DNA of 64,000 bases from Cycas panzhihuaensis (lineage: Eukaryota > Plantae > Cycadophyta): contig CM041465.1 in NCBI GenBank assembly GCA_023213395.1, forward strand, positions 86,125,741 to 86,189,740. Reading direction: 5' to 3'. Of the stretch, positions 49,115-63,651 are shown one piece after another. Positions within the stretch are counted from its first letter, which is position 1, and each line of letters opens with the position of its first letter. A program made the translations under genes and the position numbers. The notes beneath the pieces are model-generated. The model ran no database searches. It worked only from the letters and a program-made list of their open reading frames with translations, and was not told where the DNA came from.

Positions 49115-52100
49115 ATGGAAGGTTACCAGTCCGATTGGGATTACCACACCATGGTCTTGGGAACTCAAGAGTTTCCTGCGTCTGTTCTGGGATCCACCCA
49201 CGAGGGTGACGATCCTATCTATTATCCGGGTAACCCGTTTTACCCTTCTGACCTTCATCCTTCTGCTCATGCAGTAGAAGACTCGCCTCCTCACGAGACT
49301 TAACATCCTATTGGTGAATCTTATGAGGAATGCCCTGAGGGGTCCCTGACATTCGAGATCCCATCGACCTCGTATGGCTACGAGGATACCCTCCTGCCGA
49401 TGTGGTCGAAGCGCTCAGTGAGTACTTTCAAGTAACTCGCCATCAACCACGTCCTAGGTGGTTTGAGGAAGTTCTGCGCGGTGTAGTGCCTTCTTCATCT
49501 GCACCTATGTCTCTTACAACAAATGACCCTTCTTCCCCATGCACATTTGTCCCATGCCGTGTCTACACCGACTTCTAGGACAAGTGTTGTACCATCTATT
49601 CCTAGCCACGGTCCTGCTTCTTCAGGACCCGTTCGTGCGTGTCCTTTCCTCAACTTGGGGTTAGCATGCCATTCTTGAGTCAAACGAATGTGCCACCTTC
49701 AAACATGGTACATGCATTTCCTAGTAGGCCTTGAGGTCCTACTAATGCTGCTACTATCAACTATGTGGGACCCGCTCCTACATATGTCCAAAACCCATCT
49801 GGTGGTCCATCCCTTTACCTACCCTCGGGGTATGCATCTCAACCTTCGGGGCAGGGTAGGGGAAACCACCTTCTAGCTTATGGGGTGGACCCGTTACACC
49901 CATATGGGGTTACACCACCTACAGTTGGCCCATATGCGCAGAATCTGGTCCTGTACCCTTCGTTTCTGCCATCTAGCGCAACTCCTGTTGCCACGCCTTC
50001 GCAAGGGAGCATGCCTCCCTTCTAAGGTGTTTATCCGCAACCCCCCTTCTAGCAAGGGGCATTTCCCTAAGGAGGGATGGGTTTACCACCCTCATCCATT
50101 CCTGCTTCTTTATTGTCTGTCGATACTTTGGCCCATGTAAGAATACGTCCCTTCATGGACTACAGGTCAACGCCGCTATTCGTCAAGGTACTAAGGACTA
50201 ACCTGCCGCCTCACCCTCCTGAAGTTCCCAAATTTGACGGAACTTCATCGCAAGACCCAGCCGAGCACGTGCGTAGTTTCTATATGGCACGCATAGACTA
50301 CTGGGCTTACGACCACATTCTAATGAAGCTATTTTTCGATCCTTATAGGGTGATGCCCTTAAATGGTTTTACCATCTCCCTGCCCACTCCATTTTTTCAT
50401 TCTAGTAATTGGTGGATGAATTCGTCAACTATTTTAATGTAGCCCATCCATTCGAGAGCAGAATGAAAGCTCTCCTTTCACTTAAACAAGGTCACGATGA
50501 AATGAATCGTGACTTTGTGAGGTGATTCCATGATCTCCTTCACTCTACTAAGGCCACGTTGCCTGAGGAGTTGAAGCGAGATCTCTTCGTCAATGCACTT
50601 TGCCCTAAAATGCATGTGGAGGTCCTCAAAATGGGGGCAACCACATACGACTCTGCGATTATGAAGTGCTTGGCATTATAGGCTATTGAGATCCAAGCCA
50701 GACCTAAGAAACCTCTTAAGCCCTCATAATATCGTAAGGCACCTCCCCCAGCGAAGGAAACCAAACCTTTGCAACCTGCCATGTCTACCTCTCATCCTAT
50801 TGAGAGGACTTTAGACCCCCTTACTTCTGCTATATGCTCATTTGAGTGTACAATAAAGGAGCTTAAATTCCAATCCCCTTCATCGTTAACCTCCCATAAA
50901 CTAATTCAACAAGCTTCTGATGTCGTTCCCCCCAAAGGGGGTAACACCCAACTTTCTCAAGCAAGGAGAATCGATCCTCCCCTTGAGAAGAGGTGGTGTT
51001 CCATCCATGGGGAATGTTTCCATGATGATTCACATTGTTGGGTGCAACACCTATGTGATGCCCCACCAAGCGATTCGTCTCCTAGACGGGCATCGAGGCC
51101 CAATCTCAATCAACCCATCTATAGGGATCCGTTCCCTAAACATCAGGAGCGTGATCATAATGTTCAACAGAGAAACAACCGGAATCGGCATAGATCCCCC
51201 GATTCTCGCCCTTCACACGGTAGAGGGAAGGGTGTGCGAGGTTCATCCTTCTCTTCACGCTCCCCTGATCACCATGCTCCCTCACCTTCATGGTCCCATA
51301 ACAAGGGAAAGAAGATGATCTAGATGCTTGAGATCACTCCCCTCTATGCCTTGACCCAGTCTCAAGTCGCAAAAGAGGTAACTGGTGCCTCTGCGTCTAC
51401 GTTGCACCTTGATCCTCCTATGGAAGCTATTCCTCCAGAGATTCCTGCGCTTCCCAAGAGCATTCCCATCTACCTTGGTCACTTTGACTTTAGGAGAGCC
51501 CTTACCCAACCCACAAGGAGGGGTAGGCCTTTCTTCATAGTTGAAGAGCTTCTTACCGTGGCTGCCGGGATGTCTATCATGGATGTCTTGAGAAGTCACC
51601 CCGAGGAACGAATGCTCCTCTTGGAAGCCCTAGGATCGAATGATGCACCTGTTCACGCTTTGGGCACAACCTAAAGTTGTGAACCTGTCATCTCTTTCGA
51701 TCCTAGAGATCTTCCCCCGTCCAGTAGAAAGGAACGACAATGGAACTTCCCTTTCATGATTACCATCGATACTCCTGATTGTACATTGCGAAGAACCATT
51801 GTGGATAACAGTTCTTTTGTTAATGCCATGCCCTTGTGCGTCATGCAAGAGCTTGGCATTTCTGCCTTGGAACCTATTCCGTGGCAATGTCAGGGTTATG
51901 ATGGTAGCGGGAAGACTCCCTTAGGATATGTCTTGATACCTCTTACCCTCGAGGATAAGACTGTCCTTGCTGACATCGTTGTCCTCGATGTAGACGTCGA
52001 TTACAACCTCCTTTTGGGTCGACCATGGCTTGACCAAATGGGAGCCGTGTGTTCCACCTGTTGGGGGCAACTTAAGTTTGTCCATGATGGATAAATAAGA

Positions 52101-53044
52101 GTTGTCTCCTACGAGTGACCACTCGCAAAACAAACTAGGCCTTCTACTCAGGCGAGCCATGGCTATACGAAGGGAAGCAAACGCCCTTCTGATCATGCCT
52201 TGGCCTACTTGATTGATGTCCCTGATCCCTCTTACCACAAAGAAGATCCCATATCTTCTTCTTCCGATTTGACTTGCTTCACCTCAATCGGCGTCAGAAG
52301 CTATGGATACCTCGCCATGTTTGATGGCAATGGGTTCCATAGTGAGGATGAGGACCTTCCTCACTTGGTTTCCTTCCTTCACACTGGTGGGGGGTATTCT
52401 TCTAGTTCTAGGTCTCCTCCTAGGACCCCTTTTGTCATAGAGCCTGATCACTTTCACATGTCGCATGTCATCGTGCACATTGGTCATCAGGCTCGTAGCT
52501 CTTCCATTCCATCACCTTCCGCAGGTGATGGCATTGAGAGCTTCCCTCTTGCTTTTTACGAGAGATCTCTCCTTGACTCTCCCTTAGAGTCCCTTAGGGA
52601 TGTTGGGCAACTTACAGGCCATACCGGTCCTATCGCTCCCATGCCATCCTGTACCTCGTCCATTTGAAGTCAGGTTATCCATGGGGTGGACTACGTCGAG
52701 GACGACGAGGCTTTGCTGGAGCACTTAGCCGGCTCTGCGCCCAATTTACCTTCTGGTCACCACAAGCTTGGCCACCAAAAGGTCCTAGCAATTGGGTCCA
52801 CACTAGCTGACCTGATCCCTTCATCCATTTCCTCTCTTCCTATTGATCTTTCCCCCCTTTATTTCAAGGAGGGGAATGCTATGTGTATGGGGGCAACCCA
52901 AGATATAGTCCTCGTCTTGGGCAAGATCATTAAGGTAGGGGTGGAATGTACTCCTGATGAAGTGAGGGAATACTCCCTCCTGTTTCAGGAATTCCACGAT
53001 GTGTTCGCATGGGACTACTCTGACATGAAGGAAATTGACCCCTC
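49115..53044 (+). pseudogene. Gag-protease polyprotein relic
   Basis: Capsid PKFDGTSSQDPAEHV; CHHC-type knuckle WCSIHGECFHDDSHC; protease IVDNSS...YNLLLGRPWL; pre-RT EFHDVFAWDYSDMKEIDPS. Confidence 0.9.
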
Positions 53045-55467
53045 TATTTCCCAGCTACTAGGAATGGACTTGAGACACATCGACCTAGATATGTTTAGGC
53101 ATACATTCTCACTTCTCCCTGCTCATGCTTGATTGAGATTATTTAGTGTAGACTACTTGACATATGCCTGCCTGCATGCATTGCTTCTTTGCTTGATCAT
53201 ATTGCATGTGCTTATAACACACTATCAGCCTATGACGACTCACAATGGGGGCATTCCTCGATGAATGCTACACCCCATATGGCGCACAGCCACCCACATC
53301 GTCTCTATGACCTTCTCGGGATGCTTCAACCAGTCATGTCTGCCCATATTACGACATTTTGCTCATGTTGCAGTCTCCTCCAAGTCTGATTAATCCCTTG
53401 GTTGAGACTCACTTTACTGTTTTGGCTACTTACCTATCATCTGGATGTTTCCCCCTGTTGTTTTAGGCTTAATTTACCCTTAATAACAGACCCAAAGCCT
53501 TTATTTCTGCTGTTTTTATTCTTTTTTTGTTACCGGCCCAGATCACAGAACTCAGTGGTACCACGGTCTTTGCCACGGTACCGCCAAGTTTGTTGTGGTA
53601 TGACTATTTAAATTTCAAAAAAGAAAACCATGCGATAGTTTCCGCTTTTTTCGCGGAACTACCGCGTGGCGCCTGTCGATTCGCATCACCCTGACATCCC
53701 AATGTTCACCTATAATGAACATGGGATAAAGGGGGATTTTCCTCCTCATTTTGGGATCTTTTTTCCATTTTTCTAACTTTTTACTCAAAATTTACATAGA
53801 AAGACATACACTATATTCATAGAAACCTGTCACAAAGGAGAAGACACTACTACAAGCTAGATTTTTAAGGACCATTGCTACGCCCCACAGCTTCCAACAG
53901 TAGGCTTCACATCTTCTTACAAGTGACCAAGGTTTCAAGGAAGATTTCTACCAAAAGCTCCTCAAAAGGACCAACTACCAAGGTTCCAAGCTTACAAAGA
54001 TATCTCCACACTTTACTCTTGCAAAAACCTGCCACTATTATTCACCATATGCTGGTTATTTCTACTATTTCCTATTAGCAAACTTATGTTTGGTTCTTCC
54101 CTAACAAGGTACTCTCTACTCTTACTTGCAATTTGTGTTGTTCTTGTTTCTTTTATGTTTTGGTGAATAAATTTCTAGTTTGTGTAGATTTATGTTGTTG
54201 CACTTAATTAGCACCACTTCCTTTTTCTTTTGAGACATTACTGTTTTCCCAAATCATCCCTCTCAACCCATTCTTAGTTGGCTATTGTAAAGGGATAACA
54301 TAAAGAGGATTTGAGGGAGGTAGGTGGGGTTCCGTCCCCATTGCTGCCCTTCTACCCAAGGGTTCCGTCCCTTATCCTTTTTCCCTTTGTCTTTAGTACC
54401 TTCCTAGGAATCGGGTTAAGGGAATTTGGGGAATCTAGTTTCAGAGCTAAAACCAGCGTTGGCAACCCATTGTCGCGCCGGTTCTAGAAATTCCATCCGT
54501 CAGTGTTGGGCCCTGCTTAAGCCCCAAACCTTTCCATTGATCTCTTCTTTTTTTACTATTTGCTGTCCTATGACCTTGTTGTGAGCCCGTTTCTCCTTTC
54601 TGAGTTATGTGGAGACTCTTTGTGGGTGAGTTAGCCATTCTGAGGCTATACTCTTTTCCTTTTTTTGGGTGTCACTTATGGTATACATTTGAGGGAGACT
54701 TTGTTACATATTATTACATATTGATGCTTAGCTTAGCTTTATATAGTTTCATTTTTGTTTAGCACATATACTCGATACCTTTGTGGCCCCTTTTCCGAGA
54801 GGGAGGTGCTCGCCTGACTTGCTTGCAGGGTCTTGCGTTAGTGGAGTTGCACGTAGAACGAAACCCATTGCAGGTCGGTTCTATGTTTAGTGTATTTCTT
54901 ACTATTTCACGTTTTTTGCTTCTTTTCTACTTTCTATTCTTTGCATGTTTAAGGGGAGGTAAGTTAGCCCCTCTTGACTACCATTAACTATCGCCGACTG
55001 GCATTGCATGCGCAAAGAGTGGAGCAGAAAAGAGCGCGAACTAAAGGGATGAGCATCACTCCACTCGGACGTCAGATCCAGGTACTCTTCTTATTCTCTA
55101 CGTATTTCTTTTACACCGCTGTCTTTTATGTACATGCTTGTGTAGTTAGGAACGTGTAAAGAATTAAAAAGGGAAAAAGGAATGTGTGTTTGCTTTATAT
55201 TATTTCATCCATCGGTTATCTTAGCATAGTTAGATTGTTTACATTGTGTTAGAGCCACCTGCGTTGTACCTTCTTTTTGCCTATGCCTAGACATATTTTA
55301 CTTGTCTTTCTGTTTTGTTGCCTTCTCATTTCCTTGAGAAGACACAACACGCCAGGTGCTTTCTCCTCTTCCCTTTTGCTTATAGGTTTCCATCCATACC
55401 CCAGCATTGGATGTTGGCCACCTCAATTCCTACTAAGTGTAGTGACCATCCCACAAATGCAATTCCA
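53045..55467 (+). repeat. 5' LTR of Tat element 2 (~2.4 kb)
   Basis: Starts TATTTCCC (mutated TG), homologous to 46274-48849, followed by the PBS. Confidence 0.9.
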
Positions 55468-55725
55468 CTGGCGACTATACTGGGGACCTACTAGTAAGGG
55501 AGCTAGCTTCTGTCTCTTTCTGTTGGTCTTACTACCTCTTAGTAGCTTTATCCCTTTTATCCCTTTCATTGGGCAAACCTCAACGCATACCTTGCATTCT
55601 TCTTTCTCTTCTAACACATTAGAGAGTTTTATATGCGACGCTTCTCACATTACCTATGAGGTTTGCCCCCGTTGCTAGAAGATCCCACATATCGCCTCCT
55701 TCCATTATTGGATTATGATTCGACA

Positions 55726-58700
55726 ATGGAAGGATATCCTTCAGATTGGGCATATCATGCCTTTGCTTCCGGAGCTCATGAGTTTCCCACATCTTTCCCA
55801 AGGTTCACCCAAGAGGGTGATGATTCTATCTACTATCCGGGTGATCAACAACGCCCACTTGATGTTCATCCCTCTACTCACAGAGTAGAGGGTTCGTCTT
55901 CTCTTGAGATTCATCACCCAGGTGGTGATTCTTATGAGGAGTGTCTTGAGGGGTCCACTTTGTTTGAGGTCCTATCCACCTCTTATGATTAGGTAGATAC
56001 CCTTCTCATTGATATGGTTGAATCACTCAACGAGTGCTTTCATGCTGCTCACCTTCAACCATATCCTAGGTGGTTTGAAGATGCCTTGCATGGTGGGGCA
56101 CCTTCCTCATCTGCGCCTGCCCCACTGTCTTCATCCACGTTTACACCTCCTACAATAAGTAACCCATTTGTTCCACCGCATCCATCCCGTTCAATCTTTA
56201 CATCTACTCTAGGGATGTCATTGTGCCTTCTGCTTCTCATCACGGTCCCAACTCTTCCGGGACCTCTCATGGTGTGGCTTTCTCCTAGCTTGGGGTTGGC
56301 ATGCCTCTCCCTAGCCAAGCAAATATGCCACCTTCAAATGTGATACACACATTTCCTGTTAGACCTAAGGGTCTTGTTTATACTTCTACTTCTAGTTATG
56401 TGGGATCTATTTTTACATGCGCCCAGACTCAGTTTAGTGGTCCTTCCCTTTACATACCCCCAGGCTATGCATCTCAGCCTTGGGGGCATGGTAAAGGGAA
56501 CCGTGTTCCTGTTTATGGGGTGGATCCTTTACATCCATATGGGGTCACGCCACCCACAGGCGGCCCATATAGATAGAACCTGATCCCTTACCCCTCGTTT
56601 CCACTATCTTGCATAGCTGCTTATGCTGTGCCTTTACAAGGAAGCCCAACTTCTTTTCAAGACACTTATCCTTAAGTCCCTTTTTAACAAGGGGAATTTC
56701 CTCAAGGAGGGATGGGTCTTCCACCCCCATCCATTCCTTATTCATTGCCTTCTTCATCTTTTATCGATCCTATGATCCAGATGGGGGCACATCTAGATTG
56801 ACACCCTTGTCTATTGAGGTGCTAAGGACCAACTTACTACCTCATCCCCCCGAAGTTTCCAAATTCAATGGAACTTCATCGCAAGATCCAGCAGAGCATG
56901 TCTGTAGTTTCTCTATGGCATGCATAGATTACTAGGCCTACAATCACATATTAATGAAACTATTTCCACAATCTCTTCAAGGCGATGCCCTCAAATGGTT
57001 CTATCACATACCTGCCCATTCTATCTTCTCATTCTAACAACTCATGGATGATTTCATCAACTATTTTGATATGGCTCGTCCATTTGAGAGTGGAATGAAA
57101 TCTCTTCTCTTGCTTAAGCAAGGTCACAATGAGATGAATTGTGACTTTGTGTAATGATTCCATGACCTCCTCCATTCCATCAAGGCTACTTTGCCTGAGG
57201 AATTAAAGATATATATCTTTGTCAACGCACTACGCCCTGAAGTCCATGTGGAAGTCCTTAAGATGAGGGCAACCGAATGTGACTCTACCATTACGAAGTG
57301 CTTGGCACTTAAAGCTAGTGAGATCTAGGCTAGACTCAAGAAGCCCCTTAAGCCCTCACAACAACGTGAGGCACCTCCCCCAACTAAAGAAACTAAACCT
57401 CAACAATCCACTAGGTCTTCTTCCCACTCAACTGAGAAGACCCTAGATCCACTTACCTCCTCCATACGTTCATTCCAACGTATGATGAAGGAACTTAAAC
57501 TTCAAGCTCCTTCGTCGCCCACATCCAACAAGCCTCCTAAGCCACTCCTCCCAAGGGCAGCAATACCTAATCCTCTCAGGCAAGGAAAACTAATTCTTCG
57601 CTTGAGAAGAAGTAGTGCTCTGTTCATGGAGAATGTTTCCATGACAATTCGTGTTGCCAGGTTCAACATCCTAGGGATGCCTCACAACACAACCCATATT
57701 CTAAATGGGCCTTAAGGCCTAACCTTAACCAACCAGTCCATAGAGATCCATTCTCCAAGCATGGGGAGTGTGATCGCAACTCTCAACCAAAGAACAATAG
57801 GAATCAGGGGAGATCTCTGAATCTACACCCTTCATAGGGTAAAGGGAAGGGCATACAGGGTTCGTCTTCTCCCTCGCATTCCCTAGATCGTCATACCCCT
57901 TCATCTTCATGATCCCGAAATAAGGGAAAGAAGGTAATCCAGATGCTTGAGGCCACCTCTCTATATGCCTTGGTCTCAAGCTGCTAAAGAGGCAACTAAC
58001 ACCTCTTTGTCCGTTCCACATCCTGATCCTCTTCCAGAAACCTCCCTTCTGGAAGTCCCTTTACTTCCCAAGACCGTTCTCATTCATCCAAGTTACTATG
58101 ACTTCAGGAGAGCCCTTTCTCAACCTACGGTGAAGGGGAAGACCTTTTCTATTATCAATGATCTTTGTACTGTGCCTGCTGGGATGTCTATTATGGATGT
58201 CTTAAGAAGTTGTCCTAAATAGCGGACACTCCTTTTAGAAGCTTTAGGATTGAGTGACACGCCCATTCACACTTTGGGTATTGTCCAAGGTCATGATCCT
58301 GTCACTTTTTTCGATCCTAAAGACCTTCCTCCTGCTTGTGAAAGGGAGCGCTAGTAGAACTTCCCTTTCATCATTACTATCGATACACCTGATTGCACTT
58401 TGCGAAGGACCGTTGTTGACAATGGTTCTTTCATTAATGCCATGCCTTTACGTATCATATAAGAGCTTGGCATCTCTACCTTGGAACCTATTCCATGGTG
58501 ATGCCAAAGCTAAGACGGTAGTGAGAAGACTCTCTTAGGATCTATTTTAATCCCGCTTACCCTGGAGGACAAGACTATCATCACTAATATTGTAGTCCTC
58601 GATGTAGATGTTGACTACAATCTCCTTTTGGGTTGACCATAGCTCAATCAGATGGGAGCCGTGTGTTCAACCTATTAGGGGCAACTCAAGTTCATCCATG

Positions 58701-61700
58701 ATAGGCGAATGAGCATTGTTTCCTATGAATGCCCACCTACTAAACAATCCTATCAAACCAACTAAGTGAGCCATGGTCATGTGAAGGGGGATAAAGGCCC
58801 TTCCACCTATGCCTCGGCTTGTTTTATCGGCATTCCTGATTCATCTCATTCTGAAGGAGATCCCACATCTTCTTCCTCGAGCCTTACCTGTTTCGCTCCT
58901 ATTGGTGTTATAAGCTATGGGTACCTTGCCATATTTAGTAATGACGAGTCCCATGGTGAGGACGAGGACCTTCCTCACCCTGTTTTCTTCCTTCATACTA
59001 GTAGGAGGCACTCTTCTTGTTTTAGGTCCCAACCTAGAACCCCTCTCATTTTGGAGACCGATCACCCCCTTGTATCATATGTTATTGCTTGCGTCGATCC
59101 ACCAATCCTTGAGTCTTCCTCTTCACCGCCCCCCGCGGGTGATGAATCTATGGAACTTCCTTTTGCCCCTTATGAGGGGCTCCTTCCTGACTCTTCCTTA
59201 GAGTCTTTTAGGGATGTTGGGCAGCCCGCCGACCACCATGGTCCTATCACTCCCACTTCCTCTTACACCTTGTCTATTTGAAGTAAGGTCATCCACGGGG
59301 TGGATTACTTTAAAGATGATGAGGCTCTACTTGAGCACTTAGTGGGCTCCACACCCAACCTTCCTTCTGGTCACCATAGACTTGGCCATCAGAAGGTCTT
59401 AGCGATTGGGTCCACTCTTGCCGACCCAATCCCATCTCCTGTTCCATCTCCTCTTGTTGACCTTATCCCCCTTCATTTCAAGGAGGGGAATACCATGTGC
59501 ATGGGGGTAACCTAGGATATAGTCCTCGCCCTAGGTAAGGTCATTAAGGTGGGGGCAGAATGCTCTCCTAATGAGGTGAGAGAATACTCCCTTTTATTTT
59601 AAGAGTTCTGAGATGTTTTTGCATGGGACTACTTTGAAATGAAGGGAATCGACCCCTCCATTGTCACCCACAACCTTACCACCATTCCTGACGCTCACCC
59701 CGTGTGCCAAAAACAACGCCCACTTCATCCTAAACTCTTAGTCGCTATCAAAATTGAGGTTGAGAAACTCCTAGATGTAGGACTCATTGCTTTTATTGAC
59801 TACCCTAAATGGGTGTCTAACATCATTCCCATGGCTAAAAAGAATGAGACCATCCAGATATGCATCGACTTCCATGACATCAACAACATGTGTCTTAAGG
59901 ATAATTTCCCACTCCCTTTTATTAATCAGATCATCGAATGAACCACTAATTTTAAAGTCATGTCCTTGATGGACAGCTTCTTTGGTTACAACCAAATTCA
60001 AATCTCTCTCGAAGATTGCCATAAGACGACCTTCACCACCTTGTGGGGTACCTTCTTTTACAAGGTGATGCCCTTCAGATTAAAAAATGCAGGTGCCACT
60101 TACCAAAAGATGATGCACTTCATCATTCACGACCTTATCAATAATACGTTGGAGGTCTTTATGGACGATATGATGGGTCTCTCGCGTGTTAGAGCCCATC
60201 ACCCCTTAGACTTGTGGGCCATCTTCACACGATGCTGCAAGTACTACATAAGTCTCAACCCACTCAAATGTGTATTTATCATCACTTCTGGAAAACTCCT
60301 TGGTTTCCTTGTGTCGAAATAAGGAATTTAAATCGACCCTGACAAGGTCAAGGTGATCCTTGACATACTGCCGCCTAGAACTCAATGACAGATTAAGTCA
60401 TTTCTGGGTAGGGTTGGATTCCTTAGGCATTTCTTGGAAAACTTCATTGTGAATGCCAAACCTTTTACTAACCTATTAAAGAAGGGAGCCTCGTTTGTTT
60501 GGTCAGCTAAGGCCCAACAAGTTTACGAAAGACTTAAGGAAGCTCTTGCTTTCACTCTAACATTGGTACCTCCTCACTTTGATAGGTCTTTCATCCTATA
60601 TACCTCAGTGACCGATGAGTCCTTGGGTGCTATGCTATCCCAGGAGGATGATTTGAGAGTCAGAAAGGCTATTTACTTCATTAGCCGCACCCTCGTGGCT
60701 ACCGAGCTTAACTACTCTCTAGTCGAGAAGGAATGCCTCTCCTTAGTTCATACAACTGAGAAGTTTAGGCACTACTTGCTCGGAAACACTACCAAGGTGA
60801 TAGTTTCATCCGATCCCTTGCATTATTTACGTACCTGTTTTAACCTGACAGGTAGGGATGGTCATTGGGCCATCCTCCTTCAGGAATTTGATCTCCATAT
60901 CGTCAATAGAAAATCGAAGAAGAGGATGGTAGTGGTGGAACAACTTGCAGATGCCCCTGTCCCTAACTCGTTCAATGCCCCCGTTGATGACTCCCTTCCT
61001 AATGAGTCTATCTTGACTATTCAAGGCACTTCTTCCCATCCACTCATTGACAGTGAGTGGTATGGTGACATCGTGCGGTACCTTACTCAGTAGTAGTACT
61101 ACCCAGAAGCTAGTAACAAGGTCAGGTCACGCATTCAGGCCATTTCTAGGTAATACTTCCTTATGGATGAAGTATTGTATAAGAGATCCTTTGACGGGAT
61201 CCTCCTCCATTACATCACTCCCGATGAAGTAGACCAGATACTTCATGAATGCCACCATGGCATTTGCGGGGGCCACTTTGGGGGCCAATCCATGGCCCAA
61301 AGGATCCTTCGTATGGGCTACTATTGGTCATCCCTCTTCAAGGATGCCCATGCCTATGCCTTGAGATGTCGGCAATGCCAAGAGCATGCCAACATCTCCT
61401 ACATGCCTTCCAAGGCTCTTCATCCCATCATATCACCATAGCCCTTCTCCCAATGGGGTTTAGACCTCATCAAGACCATATCACTGCCCTCTTCATCGTA
61501 GCACAAGCTCATCTTGACTACCTCAAAATGGGCAGAAGCTATTCCTTTGATTACTACCCCTGATAAGATAATAGCCACTTTCGTCTACCAATATATCATT
61601 GAAGCTTTAGAATTCTGGATGTCTTGATTACAGACAACAGAACCCCTTTTTGTAACAAGGAGGTGGACGAACTTGGTGAGAAATTCAAGATCTCTCACAA

Positions 61701-62288
61701 AACCTCTTCTCCTTATTACCCCTAGGCAAATGGTCATGTTGAATCATTCAACAAAATTCTTATCAATATCCTAAAGAAAATTGTTACTCAATCTCAGAGA
61801 GATTGGCACCTCTAGCTCCCTTTTGCCTTATGGGCTTATCGTACCTCTATCCATGTAGCTATGTGAATGACTCTGTTCTCCCTAGTTTATGGATCGAGGT
61901 GGTACTCCCATTGGAATTCAAGATCCCCTCTCTACAAGTTTCTCTTCGAGGTCTTATCGATGAGGAGTCTATTCGTCAGGCTCACCTCTTAGACCTCGAA
62001 ACCTTGGATGAGAGGTGTTTAACTGCTTACCAAGCTAACCTCGTGTCTAAAGCACGCTCGCAAAGGACTTACGATAATCACCTTCGTTCTCACCCTTTAT
62101 ATCCTAGGGACCATGTCCTGAAGCTGAAATATCTTCATGACTGCTTAACTAAATTCAGACCCAAATGGATCGGTCCCTTTACTGTTCTCGAGAGTCTCAA
62201 TAATGACGCTTATAGGATCACCACCCTAGAGGGCCTTGAATTTGAGAAAGCCATTAATGGGAAATTCCTCAAAATATTCTATACATGA
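55726..62288 (+). pseudogene. Gag-pol polyprotein relic (gag, PR, RT, RNase H, integrase)
   Basis: RT: ICIDFHDIN..KDNFPLP, GYNQI, YKVMPFRLKNAGATYQ, VFMDDM. RH: SLGAMLSQ, NYSLVEKECL. INT: HHGICGGH..CRQCQ, KWIGPF, INGKFLKIFY. Many C>T/G>A stops. Confidence 0.95.
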
Positions 62289-63651
62289 TTTCTTCATTGT
62301 CTTTTCCACGCTCCGAAATGAGCCTAAACTACCATCCTAAGCTTGTTCCCATTCCTCCTAGCCATAAGCGGGATGGCAACTTAGGGTGGCTCTCTCATTA
62401 CTTTTAGGCTCCTCCCGTGGAACCCCTATTCCCATTCCCCTGGGAACCTTGTCCTTCTATTTGGGCATCTCCTCCCCCAATTAGGATGATGTGTTGGAGT
62501 CTCGCCACTCCCTTTTGATTGGCATTTTCTTTACATATCCCTCTATGCTCCCATGTGGACATCTGTGATGTCCTGTGTCTTGGCCTCATATGTACTTATC
62601 ATCATTGCTCATGGTGATCGTATGTGCCTCTATTAGGAATATGGCCCTGTATGAAAGGAAACATGTATAATATGAACGCCATCCCCCCAAAAGAGGGGTT
62701 TTTCTGCCTAAAATTTCTTAAATTTTTGCTCGAGTGAGCCACTCTCACTCTCACTTGGACCAGGGCTACCTAATGCACCGATCCTGTCTCTCTCTTGGTC
62801 CAGTTTGAACTCCGGGAGATCATCTCTGGCCTTTAATAGGCCCAAAACTACACTAAAAAATATTAAAAAGCAACAAATTTTAATTGACAAGATGGGTTTG
62901 GGTTTCGATGATCCACTCACTGGATCTGGTCGTGCCGTCGCCATCTCATTGCCCTCATCTCAATGACTGTCTCCCAGTTTTGATCCAATGGTCAGATCTC
63001 CCTCCACATGCCTCTGAAGTTGGGGGCACTCCGTTGCGTAAGGGAAGGGCTCTAAATTCATTCGTGAGCCCGTGAAAATGAATCCTATTTTCATCGATTT
63101 TCCTTATATAAGTAGGGGCCCTGACATGCACTTTCTCTATTTTTGCTTTTAAGATAGCCTTTGAGATCATCTCTAATCTCCAATCACTATTGCCTTATGG
63201 CCTTGTTCCTTATTACACTTCCATAGCCTCCATTTTACTCATTCCTCTAGGTGAATTTATGGCACCTCGCCGATGCATTTTTGCTAGAGTCCTTTCGTCT
63301 CATTTTGCATGTCACTCCCATGCATGCCCGAGTTTATACTCGTTTGGCTCATTTCGTCATCCTAGATTCATTTTTGTAGTTCGTTCATGCCCCTAGGGTC
63401 TCCAAAAGGAGAACTCCCTTTGTTCGGGACCTCTCTTTGCTTTCTTAAGAAACCTTTGGCATCCTAGAGTGGCCTTCTTACCGCCCACTCTCTGCCAGTG
63501 GTCAGATAGTCTACTCCTATCCTCAGGTAACCTCATTAATGGGTCCTCCTACCCTTCACAGCCACTATTACTAGCCATACGAGCCTCTTTTTTTCTTTTA
63601 CTTCGACTCTATTGCACATTTTCTCTATCGAGACACTTTCTTTTCTTGACC

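Larger units (their letters stand above)
46274..53044 (+). mobile_element. Ty3/gypsy Tat-clade element 1 (LTR, PBS, gag, protease), cut at the start of RT by element 2
   Basis: LTR 46274-48849 (TG...CA); PBS TGGTGACTATATTGGGGA 48851-48868 (tRNA-Arg type); gag and protease relics. Confidence 0.92.

Noticed and set aside
52660-52670. In-frame TGA shared by both Tat elements (also 59279) as a programmed readthrough stop
   Set aside because: Other positions also show the same TGA in both copies (near 50523 and 57154), consistent with parallel CGA>TGA deamination. It cannot be supported without intact copies.
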